From Clostridia bacterium (GTDB lineage Bacteria; Bacillota; Clostridia; TANB77; CAG-508), in assembly GCA_051891395.1 (NCBI GenBank), contig JBJFFC010000005.1, positions 1,141 to 65,140 of the forward strand: a stretch of DNA of 64,000 bases. Direction: 5' to 3'. The position numbers and the translations under genes are program-made. The stretch's first letter is position 1. Each line of letters starts with the position of its first letter. Below are positions 48,101 through 59,426 of this stretch, piece by piece. Below the pieces are notes generated by a model. The model searched no databases and had not been told where the DNA came from. It saw only the letters and a list, made by a program, of their open reading frames with translations.

Positions 48101-50193
48101 TTATTCCTCCTCTTTGATAATATTTTTACTTCCGAAATATGTAGCAGCAAAATATGCACCATAAATTACTCCTATAATTATTACTGTGGCAGTGGCTGAT
48201 GGCAATAAATCTTCTTTGCTTGCTAATCCCGACATCATGGAAAGTGCAAATTGTATCCCAAATATGGAATGTATAATTGCAAGTATTAATGGTACCCCAA
48301 AGAATATTCCAATTTGTCTAAATAGTGATTTATTTATCATTCTTTCATCACAACCAATTTTTCTTAAAATTGTATATCTTTGTTTATTGTCTGAACTATC
48401 TGTTAATTGTTTTAACGCTAAAATTGCTGAACTTGCAATTAAGAATATAATTCCCAAGTAAATTGCTATAAATATTACAATGGTTGCTATCCCTACACTT
48501 GATTCTATTATACTTATTTTTGTCATACCATCTATATTTAGTCCTTGATTTGCTAAATTCTGTATAAATCCTGAATCATCACCTGTAAACATTGCTTCTA
48601 TTTTTTCTTTTTCTTCCTCTGTATTTGCATTATAATTAGCAACCAATAATTGTTGTTCTTTCATATCTTCTGTTAAAGGACAATTATCTGGAACTAATAT
48701 GATTCCTGTATTTGTATGACTAGTTGACATTACAATAAAACCATCTTTGCACTCATTATATTTTGTATTATATTCTTTTCCTGCAATTATTAAAGGATTA
48801 CTTCCATCTTTTAATACTTTATTTCTTACTTCTTCCATAGACTCAAAATCACAGATCATAATATATTCGTCATCTTTTAATTCATATTGTTCTATTCCAT
48901 ATAATTCTGCTATTTTATTATAATCAGATATTTTTACAATTTGCTCTGCTGTACTATATTGTAACATTGGGAATATTTCTCTTATTTCTTCTATTTTATC
49001 TCCAAAGAATTCTTCCCAAGTTAATTCATTCAGAGCATATACTGATATTTCTGTAACATCTTTTAAATTGTTCATATCAAGTCCGTTATTCTTTAATGTT
49101 TCTACTATTGGTATCTTAGAATCTTCTCTTTGTTCTTTTGTTGTGGTTACTTCTCTTCCATATCTCGTATACGTTTCTGGTAAGTTAGCTGTTTTATATA
49201 AGTTTAAATCAACTGGTGTCATCTCGATTAAATCTTTTTGCATTGTATTTCTTAACGCTAAGCTTGAAGAAAGTATAGAAATTGTCATAAATAACATCAA
49301 GCATATAACACTCATACTTGCTACCATTGTGTTGATTTTATTATTGATTTGTCTTAATACAAACATATTGGTATCTTTTAAATATGTTCTCTTGTGTCTT
49401 TGAATTACTTGTAATATAAAACCTGATAAAGACCAAAAAACTAATACTGTGCCGGGCTATCCCCATAAGTATTGGTGGTAATATTTTATCTGCTGTATCT
49501 AGACTCCTAGCATCTCCTGTTACTTTCCAATAAGCATATCCTAATAAGGTTGCAGATGCTATAAAGACCACTACACAAAGAAATGGATTCTTTATTTTTA
49601 CTTTTTCATTTTTCTTACTTGCATTTAATAGGTTAATTAATTTGTATTTTGAAACAGTTAATGTATTGAAAAACATAACTAGCACATACATTACTGCAAA
49701 GTAGATACAAGTTTTAACACAGCTATCCATTGAAAATACAAATTGAAATTCACTCATATCTGCCTCAAACATTTTTGCAACTAATATTGACATGAATTGT
49801 GAAGCAAATACACCTACCACAATTCCTATTACAAGTGATATGATTCCTACAAATATTGTTTCCATTAATATTATTTTTGATATTTGACTTCTACCCATTC
49901 CAAGTGTCATATAAATTCCAAACTCTTTTTTTCTTCGATTGATCAAGAAATTATTTGCATATACAATCAGTAAGCCTAGTACAACTGCTACAAATACGGA
50001 TATATATCCAAGCATTGTTATCATTAATTTTATAATTTCTCTTTGTGACCCGAGATACCTGTAGCATAGCTTGCTGACTATCTAACGAATTAAACATATA
50101 AAAGATTGCTACACCTAATACTAATGTTAAAAAATAGATAGCATAGTCTTTTATACTTTTTTTCATATTTTTAAATGATAACTTAAATAACAT
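48101..50193 (-). pseudogene. BceB/YxdM-type FtsX-domain ABC permease (10 TM), frame broken twice at in-frame CGG codons (pseudogene or +1 recoded)
   Basis: The pieces are MLFKLSFKNMKKSIKDYAIYFLTL...QAMLQVS | GSQREIIKLMITMLGYISVF...ILPPILMGIA | GTVLVFWSLSGFILQVIQRHKRTYLKDTNMFVLRQINNKINT.... Shifts occur at fwd 50050-50052 and 49452-49454. Confidence 0.85.
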
Positions 50194-50950
50194 CGTTCAA
50201 ATCACCTCCAAGAAGTGTTTGCACCTCGATTATTCTTTCAAAGAATTGTTTTCTTGTATCATTTCCTTTTATTAGTTCATTAAAAATTTTTCCATCCTTA
50301 ATGAATAGAATTCTATTCGCATAAGAAGCAGTAAAAGCATCATGTGTAACCATTAAAATTGTAGCTCCCATCTTTTGATTTAAAAATTCAAAATTCTCTA
50401 GCAATTGGCGGCTAGACTTTGAATCTAAGGCTCCTGTTGGTTCATCTGCTAAAACTAATTTTGGATTTGTTATAATAGCTCTTGCTGATGCAATTCTTTG
50501 TTTTTGTCCTCCTGATACTTGGTAAGGATATTTTTTTAAAATGTCCCTAATACCTAATTTTTCTGCAATTTCATTTACTCTTCTATCAATTTCTCTAGGC
50601 GCTACTCTTTGAATTGTTAGCGCTAAAGCTATATTTTCATAAGCTGTTAAAGTGTCTAACAAATTGAAATCTTGAAATATAAATCCTAACTCTTCCCTTC
50701 TGAATTTATTTAATCGGTTTCCTTTTAGCTTTGTTACATCTTCTCCATTAATCATAATATGTCCTGATGTTACTTTGTCTATTGTTGAAATCATATTTAA
50801 AAGTGTAGTCTTTCCTGAACCACTTGCTCCCATAATTCCAACAAATTCTCCTTTGTTTACATCAAAGCTAATATTGTCTATTGCTTTGCTTAAGTTTGAT
50901 TTACTTCCATAGTATTTTTCGATGTTTTTTACCTCTAAAATCTTTTCCAT
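50183..50950 (-). CDS. BceA/YxdL-type ABC transporter ATP-binding protein
   Basis: The start MEKILEVKNIEKYYG is preceded by AAGGGAG. Motifs are GASGSGKTT, VSGGQKQR and LADEPTGALD. Confidence 0.9.
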   Translation of the reverse strand: MEKILEVKNIEKYYGSKSNLSKAIDNISFDVNKGEFVGIMGASGSGKTTLLNMISTIDKVTSGHIMINGEDVTKLKGNRLNKFRREELGFIFQDFNLLDTLTAYENIALALTIQRVAPREIDRRVNEIAEKLGIRDILKKYPYQVSGGQKQRIASARAIITNPKLVLADEPTGALDSKSSRQLLENFEFLNQKMGATILMVTHDAFTASYANRILFIKDGKIFNELIKGNDTRKQFFERIIEVQTLLGGDLNDVI

Positions 50951-51111
50951 ATAAAAACTCCCTTCTAAATCATATAAAACTACTTTAGCAATTACAGATA
51001 ACTTCATTAGCTTTAATATAAAACTTTTTTCAATTATGTACCATCGATTTTTCTTACAGAAACCTTACATTTTTGTAAGGTCATGTTTTCTTTCTTCTTT
51101 TATACAATACG

Positions 51112-52129
51112 CTAAAAACTACTATAACTATTTTGTGGGAATACTAATCTAACTTCAGTTCCTTCATTTTGAATAGAATTCAATTCTATTGCTATTCCTA
51201 ACTTATCACATAATTTCTTACATAAGTATAATCCAATTCCTGTTGATTTCTTATTAGACATTCTGCCATTTGTTCCTGTAAAACCTTTTTCAAAAACTCT
51301 TGCACTTTCCTCTTTTTTGATTCCTATCCCATTATCTTTAATATATAAAATTACATTTTCTTTTCCTTTTTTTCCATAGATTTCAATTTCTAAATTATTA
51401 TCTTTTCTCTTATATTTTACACTATTTTGTATAATCTGATTTAAGATAAACACAATCCATTTGCTATCTGTATTAACATCAAATTCTAAATCGTGTATAT
51501 TCATACTTATTTTTTCTTGAATGAGAGCATTCTTGTTTTTCTTTATGCTTTCATTGACAATGTCTTTTAATTTACTCTTTTTTATATAATAATCTTTTTC
51601 TACTGTATTGCTTCTTGCATAAAATAGAGCTTGTTCAATATAATTCTCTACTTTATCTAGTTCTTCATCTATACTTTTGGTAACTGTATTTTTATTATTC
51701 TCAATTACCATTTTGCCGGCTAGCTATTGGTAATTTTATTTCATGAATCCATAATTCTATATAATCTTTGTAATCTTGACTTGAGTATTTGTATTTATTC
51801 ACATTTTCTATCATTGATTTATCTATTTGTTCTAGTAAACTTTTTAATATTTTACCTTCTATAAAGCTAGGTGATTTTATAATTTCTGTAATTAAATATT
51901 TCTCATCTAATTCATTTAATATATTTGATAATTCCAAGTAAAACTTCCTTTTAGTAAAATATTCGAAGCTAATCCCTATAAAATATAAGGCAAATATAAC
52001 AATCGGAATGTATATCCTAATAAAATTCCCTACTGGATAGATTGTTAAAAATATTTCTACCGTTAATATTCCCAAAAATAGTAATGTTATTGTAAGTAGT
52101 TTCTCTCTTATAAAATCTTTAAAATTCAT
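51112..52129 (-). pseudogene. BceS/YxdK-type intramembrane-sensing histidine kinase, frame broken once at an in-frame CGG next to the H-box (pseudogene or +1 recoded)
   Basis: MNFKDFIREKLL with 2 TM helices, then ...WIHEIKLPIAS | GKMVIENNKN... and an HATPase region (DNGIGI, GTGIGLYL). The shift is at fwd 51716-51718. Confidence 0.8.
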
Positions 52130-52175
52130 CTTAACTTCTCCTTGATTCATATTGAAAAAAACAATTAGATGTAAC

Positions 52176-52853
52176 TTATTTTTTCAATAGCATATATCCT
52201 TGTCCTCGTTTCGTTATTAATAACTCTTTTAAATGTAATTCTTCTAGTTTGTTTCTCAATCTAGTAATGTTTACAGTTAAAGTGTTATCATCTATAAAAC
52301 TTTCGCTATCCCATAAACATTCCATAATATCTTCTCTTGATACTATTTTTTCTCTGTTTTGAACTAGATATTTTAATATTTTAAATTCGTTTCTTGTTAA
52401 TTCTATTATTTTTCCATTTTTTTCTAGTGTACTCTTTGACGTGTTTAAAATAAAATCTTTAGCATCTATTTTTTCTTGACTTTCTCCCAACATATTTGTT
52501 CTTCTTAATAATGAAGCAATCTTTGCAAGTAAGATTTGAATATTAAAAGGTTTCGTAATATAATGATCTGCTCCATAATTAATAGAAAGCAATTCATCTA
52601 ATTCATTATCTCTGCTTGTTACAATGATAATAGGCATTTGTGATTGTTTTCGTATTTCTTTACAAATATATTCTCCATCTATGTTTGGTAAATTTATATC
52701 TAATAATACTAAATCCGGATTTATGTTTAATATATCTGCTATTTCATTTTCAAATGTTTTTAGAGATTGCGCTTGATAACCATTTTTGTTTAAGAAGATT
52801 TCTAATTCATCTCTTAATTTTTCATCATCTTCTACAATTAGTATTTTTTGCAT
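52176..52853 (-). CDS. OmpR-family response regulator (BceR/YxdJ-like)
   Basis: Receiver domain (ILIVEDD...DLVLLDINLP) plus a winged-helix output domain (LT..EF.IL..L......V.SR). Confidence 0.9.
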   Translation of the reverse strand: MQKILIVEDDEKLRDELEIFLNKNGYQAQSLKTFENEIADILNINPDLVLLDINLPNIDGEYICKEIRKQSQMPIIIVTSRDNELDELLSINYGADHYITKPFNIQILLAKIASLLRRTNMLGESQEKIDAKDFILNTSKSTLEKNGKIIELTRNEFKILKYLVQNREKIVSREDIMECLWDSESFIDDNTLTVNITRLRNKLEELHLKELLITKRGQGYMLLKK

Positions 52854-52957
52854 TTCTCTTATTCCTCCCTTATGATTATAGCACAGAATTTATAAAAAGT
52901 AACCTTACATTTTTGTAAGGTTACTTTAGTTATATTTTCATGCTTTTAACAATAGAT

Positions 52958-54106
52958 TTATCCAATCTTCCTTTTCTTTTTAGAAACTAGATTGGTAATA
53001 ATAATAAATGCTATTGCAAATATTAAGATTATTCCCATGTTCATTAGTATGGGTTTCATGGTTTCAAAGTTGAACACTTCTAGTTCAGTAAGAATTTCGT
53101 TACTACTTATATAATAGTAAGATGGTAATATATGAGCCACTTTTAATACGGAATCTGGTAACCATTCCATAGGTACAAATGCACCACATAAGAAACTAGA
53201 TCCTAAAGCTACTACATTTACAATTCCATTAATTGCATTTTTATTCGAAACAACATTTCCTATCAAAAATGCAATTGTTACACTACATATTGTAAATACA
53301 AATGAGTTTGCCATATAGATTAATCCATGTATTGTAAACATTACTCCACCTATTAATAGGAAACTTAAAGCTACATAAAACACCCACATTACAATAGCAA
53401 ATAGAGTATTTGATAATAATAGTTGTCTATTATATGTTTTATAATTCATGCTACTAATAATTGTTCTTTTTCTTATTTTTTCTTCTTTAAAACTAGATAA
53501 CATTAGGCATATCACATATACGCACCCTGCTAAAATACTATAACTTGCAAAGTTATAATAAAAGGTAGCTTTTGATAAATTATCGGTATCTAGTTTAGAT
53601 GTAATTTCTACTTCTGTTTGTTCTGATAACGTTTCATTTATCTTATTGATTAATTCTTCTTCAGATGTAACATTACCTTGATATACATTTGCTACTTTCA
53701 TATATCTTTCTAACATCATTTCAGCATAAGATGCTTGGTAATCTCCTGTACTTTTTATTTGTATTTTTGGATTTTCGCCATTTAAATAGTCTTCTCTAAA
53801 ATTTTCTGGTATGTATATAATATAATTTACATCTCTATAAAATAGGGCATCATTAATTGCTTCTTCATTATTTTCTATATCTATAATATTACTATTTTCC
53901 TTTATGTACTCAATTAAGTTTTGGGTCAACCCTTTTTCTTCATCTTGATTTATGATTAAAATATCAGGCTTACTTGCCACAAAATTTGTAGAATTGTCAC
54001 TTGTTTGCATATTAAATCCGCCAAAGAAAATCAAGATAGCAGTATACATTATAATGACAAATTTATTTTTGTTTAATACTCTTAAAAATGTTTTAAATAC
54101 TGTCAT
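52958..54106 (-). CDS. ABC-2 family transporter permease
   Basis: 382 aa with an N-terminal TM helix, a large loop and 5 C-terminal TM helices. It overlaps the stop of the upstream permease gene. Confidence 0.7.
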   Translation of the reverse strand: MTVFKTFLRVLNKNKFVIIMYTAILIFFGGFNMQTSDNSTNFVASKPDILIINQDEEKGLTQNLIEYIKENSNIIDIENNEEAINDALFYRDVNYIIYIPENFREDYLNGENPKIQIKSTGDYQASYAEMMLERYMKVANVYQGNVTSEEELINKINETLSEQTEVEITSKLDTDNLSKATFYYNFASYSILAGCVYVICLMLSSFKEEKIRKRTIISSMNYKTYNRQLLLSNTLFAIVMWVFYVALSFLLIGGVMFTIHGLIYMANSFVFTICSVTIAFLIGNVVSNKNAINGIVNVVALGSSFLCGAFVPMEWLPDSVLKVAHILPSYYYISSNEILTELEVFNFETMKPILMNMGIILIFAIAFIIITNLVSKKKRKIG

Positions 54107-55277
54107 ATTTTTGCCTCCTTAAACTAAAATAAGAAATCAATATCATAATAAAAGCAAAAATCAGTAAACTTGCAATATTAAAGAAATATCTATCTAATGT
54201 ATCATAATAGTATAATGAATAAAATCCATCTGTTATCATGCTGGCAGGATTTACTTTATTGATAATAGGAATGTTTTTGTCAATGATATATTTCATGGTA
54301 ATTCCCATCATTCCAGATAAGAAACAACCGAAGCATAGTAACTGATATTACAATACCTGTTTTTACATTATCATTTGCTTTAAATAACGTTCCAATTACA
54401 AGTCCCATTGATAATCCTGCTAAACTTCCTACCATACCCAATAAAATAATGAATGGTAAGTTAGTTCCATAATCTACTTTTAGTATAAATATTGTATATA
54501 TAAATAGTAATGCCAAGCCTATTAATTGTGTTATATAACTTGCAAGTACACTACTTAAAATAACTTTTCCCTTATACGTTGGTGCTACTGACACTCTTTT
54601 TCCGTTGACTTGTCATATTTGCTAGATTTTGATTAATTGCCACCATGCCAAGTATTCCTCCATATAAACAAGCCATTGCAATTAGTGTGTAAAATTCTAT
54701 CATAGTATAACTTAAATGATTACTTGATATGTTTTCTATATTTGCTTCTTGGTTTTGTGTTATTTCCAATATATTTTTATAGATTTTCTCATAATCTATA
54801 TTGTAATTTCCTGCCATCATTTCTTTTTTAATCTCATCTTCTGAAAGATTACTTATGATTTCACTTGTTTGTGTTATTTCTTCTGTTACATATTTGAATA
54901 TCGTTTCATTAATTCCACTTGTAGCCACAACTACCTTAGGTTTATCTTCTTCTAATATCATATATCCTATGATTTCATCATCTTGTAGTAGTTTTTTTGC
55001 TTCTTCTTCTGTCGTATATTTTGTATTAAATAATCGATCTTTATTTTCTTCATCACTTAAAGCTTTAAAGGATTCTTTGAATATTGGATGGCTTTTAAAT
55101 TCATCATTATCAACAATTGCTATATTGATAATATCTAGTTTTTCACTATTTTCAATATTGGAAAAAGCCATATTGAAAAATGTTCCGAAGTATGATTGGA
55201 AAGGCAAAAGTCCAAAATATTAACATTTTATTTCTAAAGAGAGTTTTTAAGCTATAAATAAAATTATGTATAAACAT
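54093..55277 (-). pseudogene. ABC-2 family transporter permease, frame broken three times at in-frame CGG codons (pseudogene or +1 recoded)
   Basis: The pieces are MFIHNFIYSLKTLFRNKMLIFWTFAFPIIL | GTFFNMAFSNIENS...NLANMTSQ | GKRVSVAPTYKGKVILSS...ISVTML | GCFLSGMMGITMKYIIDKNIPIINKVNPAS.... Shifts occur at fwd 55185-55187, 54602-54604 and 54328-54330. Confidence 0.8.
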
Positions 55278-56217
55278 TTAATCACGAAGCTCCTTTCCTG
55301 TTAATTCTAGAAATACATCATTTAGTGTTGGTCTTTCTGAATAAATTTTATTGTATTTTATACTCTCTTTTTTCAAATAATCCATCAGTTCTACTAAGTT
55401 GTTTTTGCCTTTTTTGTATGTGATAAGCAAGATATTTCCATTGTAGGTTACTTCATCTACATTTTTTAATTCTTTTATTTGGTCTATGTATTTTACTTCT
55501 AAATCATTTACTTCTACTGTTACCTTTTCTTCTATTTTGGCAAGTTCCTTTAACTCATCACATGTACCACTTGCTAAAATTTTTCCCTTATCAAGTATAA
55601 TTACTCTATCGCAAAGTATTTCAACTTCTTCCATATAGTGTGTTGTATAAACAATGGTCGCTCCCTTATCCCTTAATTTCTTTATCCCATCTAATATGTT
55701 GTTCCTACTTTGAGGATCTACTGCAACAGTTGGTTCATCTAAAAATATAAGTTTTGGTTTATGTGCAATTCCACAAGCAATATTTAATCTTCTCAATAAT
55801 CCTCCAGATAATTGCTTTGGATAAAATTTCTTAAATTCTTCTAATCCGACTAATTCTATTGCTTCCTCAATGTATTGTTTTCTTGTATTTTTATCTTTTA
55901 TATAAAGCCCACAAAAATAGTCAATATTTTCATATACTGTTAGTTCTTGAAATACTGCTACATCTTGAAACACAACACCTATCTTAGCTTTTATATCATA
56001 GCTGTCAGGTTTCATTTCTTTATCAAATATTTTGATTTCTCCCTTATTAAAATTTAATAAGGATAATATGCAATTGATTGTGGTTGATTTGCCACTTCCA
56101 TTTGGCCCGTAGTAATCCTAATATTTCTCCCCCATGGACCTCAAATGATAAATCATCAATAGCTTTTAATTCTTTATATTCTTTTGTTAAATTCTTAACT
56201 TCTATAATGTTATTCAC
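55278..56217 (-). pseudogene. ABC transporter ATP-binding protein, frame broken once just before Walker A at an in-frame CGG (pseudogene or +1 recoded)
   Basis: GTG start at 56217 overlapping the TetR stop. The pieces are VNNIIEVKNLTKEYKELKAIDDLSFEVHGGEILGLL | GPNGSGKSTTINCILSLLNFNKGEIKIFDKEMKPDSYD...LSGGLLRRL...IFLDEPTVAVD. The shift is at fwd 56107-56109. Confidence 0.85.
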
Positions 56218-56794
56218 TTTTATTTTCCCCTTTCATTTTTTCCAAAAGCATCAAAGCTTTAAATTCATCTGTCAGCATTTCACTTATTTGTTCCTCTGAA
56301 ATCTCACAAGTTTTTGTTGCTATCATGGTTGCTATCCCATGTGTAAAAGTCCACATTCTCAAGTGGAAACTACTTGCTTCCTTTTCTGAAGAAATTCCTG
56401 TTGCCCTTCCTACATGTTTTAAAATTCCCCTATAACTTTTCTTATCAGATGTCATAAAATTCTCTGGCGTTAAATTGTTTTCACTCATAAATATTAATTG
56501 AAATAGTTTGGGTTCTTCTTTTGCAAATCTGATATAGCCTTTTCCTACTTCTTTATATGGAAGTGAAGCTTTTTCATCTACTTTCATATATTCTCTAAAA
56601 ATTTCCAACACTTTTTCTATTACCTCTTTTTTTAGTTCTTCCATGTTCGCAAATTGATAAAAAATAGGTTGTGTTGAGCAATTTAATTTTTTAGCAATAT
56701 TTCTAGCTTGAATATTATTAAATCCAGTTTCTCTTACTATTTCTAATGCACTATTTATGATATCTTCTTTTTGAATCTTTTTTATGCCTGACAT
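56210..56794 (-). CDS. TetR/AcrR family transcriptional regulator
   Basis: N-terminal HTH (...GFNNIQARNIAKKLNCSTQPIFYQF) in 194 aa. It is the first gene of the ABC operon. Confidence 0.85.
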   Translation of the reverse strand: MSGIKKIQKEDIINSALEIVRETGFNNIQARNIAKKLNCSTQPIFYQFANMEELKKEVIEKVLEIFREYMKVDEKASLPYKEVGKGYIRFAKEEPKLFQLIFMSENNLTPENFMTSDKKSYRGILKHVGRATGISSEKEASSFHLRMWTFTHGIATMIATKTCEISEEQISEMLTDEFKALMLLEKMKGENKSE

Positions 56795-56955
56795 ATATCT
56801 CCTCCTTTTTATAACATTTGTTATATTATAACATTTGTTACAATTATTGTCTATAGTTTTCTTGGAAATATTATTAAAAAAACACTTACTTAAGCTTTTA
56901 TCACTATAAGCAAGTGTTTTTCTTGTATTTTGCTATATTAGATTATGAATATCGA

Positions 56956-57609
56956 CTATCTATTTTCTATTTTCTGCTTTCTACTTTCTAAATATACATA
57001 TAGATAAATCATTAATGTAAATAAGATAATAGCTCCTATTACGACAATGCTTACAATTGGCTCAAATAATACACTTAGTAAGCATAATGCGCCTCCAATT
57101 ATTAGCATATAAGCAGTAAGTTTTATTGCTTTGTTTACTAGTCTTTCATCTTTATTTTTTACCCCAAAAGCTTTCATATTAATATAATAATCTCCTCTTA
57201 CTTTGGGCATATAATTACCTGAAATAATAAATATAATACCTATTAAAACCATTACAATTTTTCTTATATCTAAATTATTTCCAAGCGCATACATAATGGT
57301 AACAATATACAAAATCATTGCTAAAATAGGAATGATCCATTTATAAACGGTAACGGCTTTTCTATTTGCTTCTGGATTTTTGTCTGATAGGTCACTTACT
57401 ATACAACAAAATATTTGCAAAGCCACCATTATCATTGGCATTCCAAATATAAATGCAGGTTTTGAAAAATAACCATTAGGATTATTATTAATTCCCCAAT
57501 GTATAGCAATATTATCTGGTAATTCACTATAAAATACTAGACCTAAAATAATTGGTAATAAACATACCATTGATGTTATTACTAAACTTTTTACATTAAT
57601 TCTTTTCAT
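56956..57609 (-). CDS. SdpI-like membrane protein (DUF1648 plus SdpI/YhfL-type immunity domain)
   Basis: 217 aa, polytopic, with LPD.IAIHWG...P.GY near the N-terminus. Its start overlaps the ArsR/SdpR-like gene. Confidence 0.55.
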   Translation of the reverse strand: MKRINVKSLVITSMVCLLPIILGLVFYSELPDNIAIHWGINNNPNGYFSKPAFIFGMPMIMVALQIFCCIVSDLSDKNPEANRKAVTVYKWIIPILAMILYIVTIMYALGNNLDIRKIVMVLIGIIFIISGNYMPKVRGDYYINMKAFGVKNKDERLVNKAIKLTAYMLIIGGALCLLSVLFEPIVSIVVIGAIILFTLMIYLYVYLESRKQKIENR

Positions 57610-57874
57610 CCAAACTTCCCCCTAATCCTTTTATCCATATTAAAACTTCTTCAAATACAGAAATGTTCAGCTCATAAAATATATATTTTTTATATTTTGT
57701 TTCAACAATTAAACCAGCCTTCTTTAATGTTGATAAATGATACGAAACCGTTGCTCCTGTTAAATCAAATCTACTTGCTATTTCTCCTGCGGTCTTTTTT
57801 CCTTCTTTTAGCATTTCTAATATTTCTCTTCTTGCAGGATCAGAAATTGCTTTTAGTGTTTCTGACATTCCCAT
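57596..57874 (-). CDS. ArsR/SdpR-family autorepressor
   Basis: 92 aa; the motif ISDPARREILEMLKEG..TAGEIA..F...GATVSYHL..L is a typical ArsR winged HTH. Confidence 0.8.
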   Translation of the reverse strand: MGMSETLKAISDPARREILEMLKEGKKTAGEIASRFDLTGATVSYHLSTLKKAGLIVETKYKKYIFYELNISVFEEVLIWIKGLGGSLDEKN

Positions 57875-58049
57875 ATAATCACCTCGCTTTTGTCATTTAG
57901 ATAATTATCTAAATATAGTATACTATTTCTATTTTATTTTGTCAATAGTCATTTAGATATTTTTCTAAATGTTTTTCAAAAAAACACACTTATCAATCTA
58001 AAAAACTGATAAGTGTAACATAGTAATATTTATTGAATCATTATATTTT

Positions 58050-59276
58050 TTAATTTTGCTTATCTTTATATACATTTACTATATCTTTAAAACTCATTTT
58101 TGTACCATAATTTAATATTGCATTTGAATATATTTTTATAGCTACTTTTGCTATCACTAATATCGTAACAATTAAAATAGCAATTGATATCGCAACATCT
58201 GTTCCGCTTGCTAATCCCATCATAATTCGAAAAGGCATGCAAAATGGTGATGATACTGGGAACAAAGAAGCAAATAAATTTAATTCGCTTGTTGGATTCA
58301 TCATAGTAAAGTAAGATAAATAAAATCCTATTACGGCTAATATAGCAACTGGTGTATTCGCTGATTGTATATCCTCTGGTTTACTTACTGTTGAACCTGT
58401 TAAGGCATATAATAGACTATATGTAAAATATCCTAATATAAAGTATATAATTGTAATAACTCCTAAATATGGTGTAATGTTAGACATATCTAATACAGAT
58501 TCTATTAGTTCTGGCTCCAAAAATGCTTTGGCACTTATGACTGCTGTTCCGACGATGGCTATCATTTGAACTAAGCCAACAACACCAATTCCTACTGTTT
58601 TTCCCAATACAATTGTTCTTGGGCTTGTTGATGTTACTAATGTTTCCATTATCTTAGATGTCTTTTCTGTTGTTATGGAACTTGATACTTGGTAAGCACA
58701 GAAATAGATTGCATAAAACAATACTAATGACATTAACATCATGGCAAATATATTTCCACTTGCTTTTTCTTCTTCTGTTTGTTCCAGGCTAAATTCAAAA
58801 TTAGGTGCGATAGATTGCAACTGTTCTTGTGTTAATCCTAGTTTGCTAATTTGCATGTTTGAATATAGGTTATTGATGCTATTTACTAAATTCTCTGGTA
58901 CCTCTTCCATCATGGTTGCATTTTCTACTACGTATCTTATTTTAATGTTGTTTTCTTGTTGTTCTATCATAATTGCTGATTTTATTTCTTCATTTTCTAT
59001 TTTCTGTTTTATTTCATCATAAGAAAATTCTCCTATCTCTATTTCATATCCTAAGTCTGCTTGTTTTAATAATTCTAGATTACCTTCAAAAATATCTTGA
59101 TTATCAACGATTAAAAGTTTATCTACTGAATCTTCTCCTTTTACTGCTTTTATTATATTGGGAACATTAAATCCAATTACAATTAATAGCAATATAATTA
59201 ATGTTGATATGATAAAAGATTTTCTTTTTAACATCTCTTTCATCGTAAATTTCATAACGGTTATTATATCTTTCAT
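58050..59276 (-). CDS. ABC-2 type permease (NatB-like)
   Basis: The likely start is MKDIITVMKF with RBS aaagga. It has an N-terminal TM helix, a large loop and 5 C-terminal TM helices. The track ORF extension to 59342 is unsupported. Confidence 0.7.
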   Translation of the reverse strand: MKDIITVMKFTMKEMLKRKSFIISTLIILLLIVIGFNVPNIIKAVKGEDSVDKLLIVDNQDIFEGNLELLKQADLGYEIEIGEFSYDEIKQKIENEEIKSAIMIEQQENNIKIRYVVENATMMEEVPENLVNSINNLYSNMQISKLGLTQEQLQSIAPNFEFSLEQTEEEKASGNIFAMMLMSLVLFYAIYFCAYQVSSSITTEKTSKIMETLVTSTSPRTIVLGKTVGIGVVGLVQMIAIVGTAVISAKAFLEPELIESVLDMSNITPYLGVITIIYFILGYFTYSLLYALTGSTVSKPEDIQSANTPVAILAVIGFYLSYFTMMNPTSELNLFASLFPVSSPFCMPFRIMMGLASGTDVAISIAILIVTILVIAKVAIKIYSNAILNYGTKMSFKDIVNVYKDKQN

Positions 59277-59426
59277 TTTTCTATTCCTTTCTCTTTTATC
59301 CTTAATATCTAATTTTAAAAATAAACAAGTATCACTAGGCAAAATTTATGTAAAAAACCGGAGTTGTACTCTGTGTACATCGAGGATTTTTTACTAAATT
59401 TTAACGACGTGAGACGCAGTTTATTT

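Noticed and set aside
59277-59426. A 150-nt spacer with an imperfect hairpin and flanking A/T runs between the natA-like and natB-like genes, as an internal attenuator
   Set aside because: The stem is short and mismatched when paired by eye, and I cannot support a functional claim. It may simply be spacer sequence.
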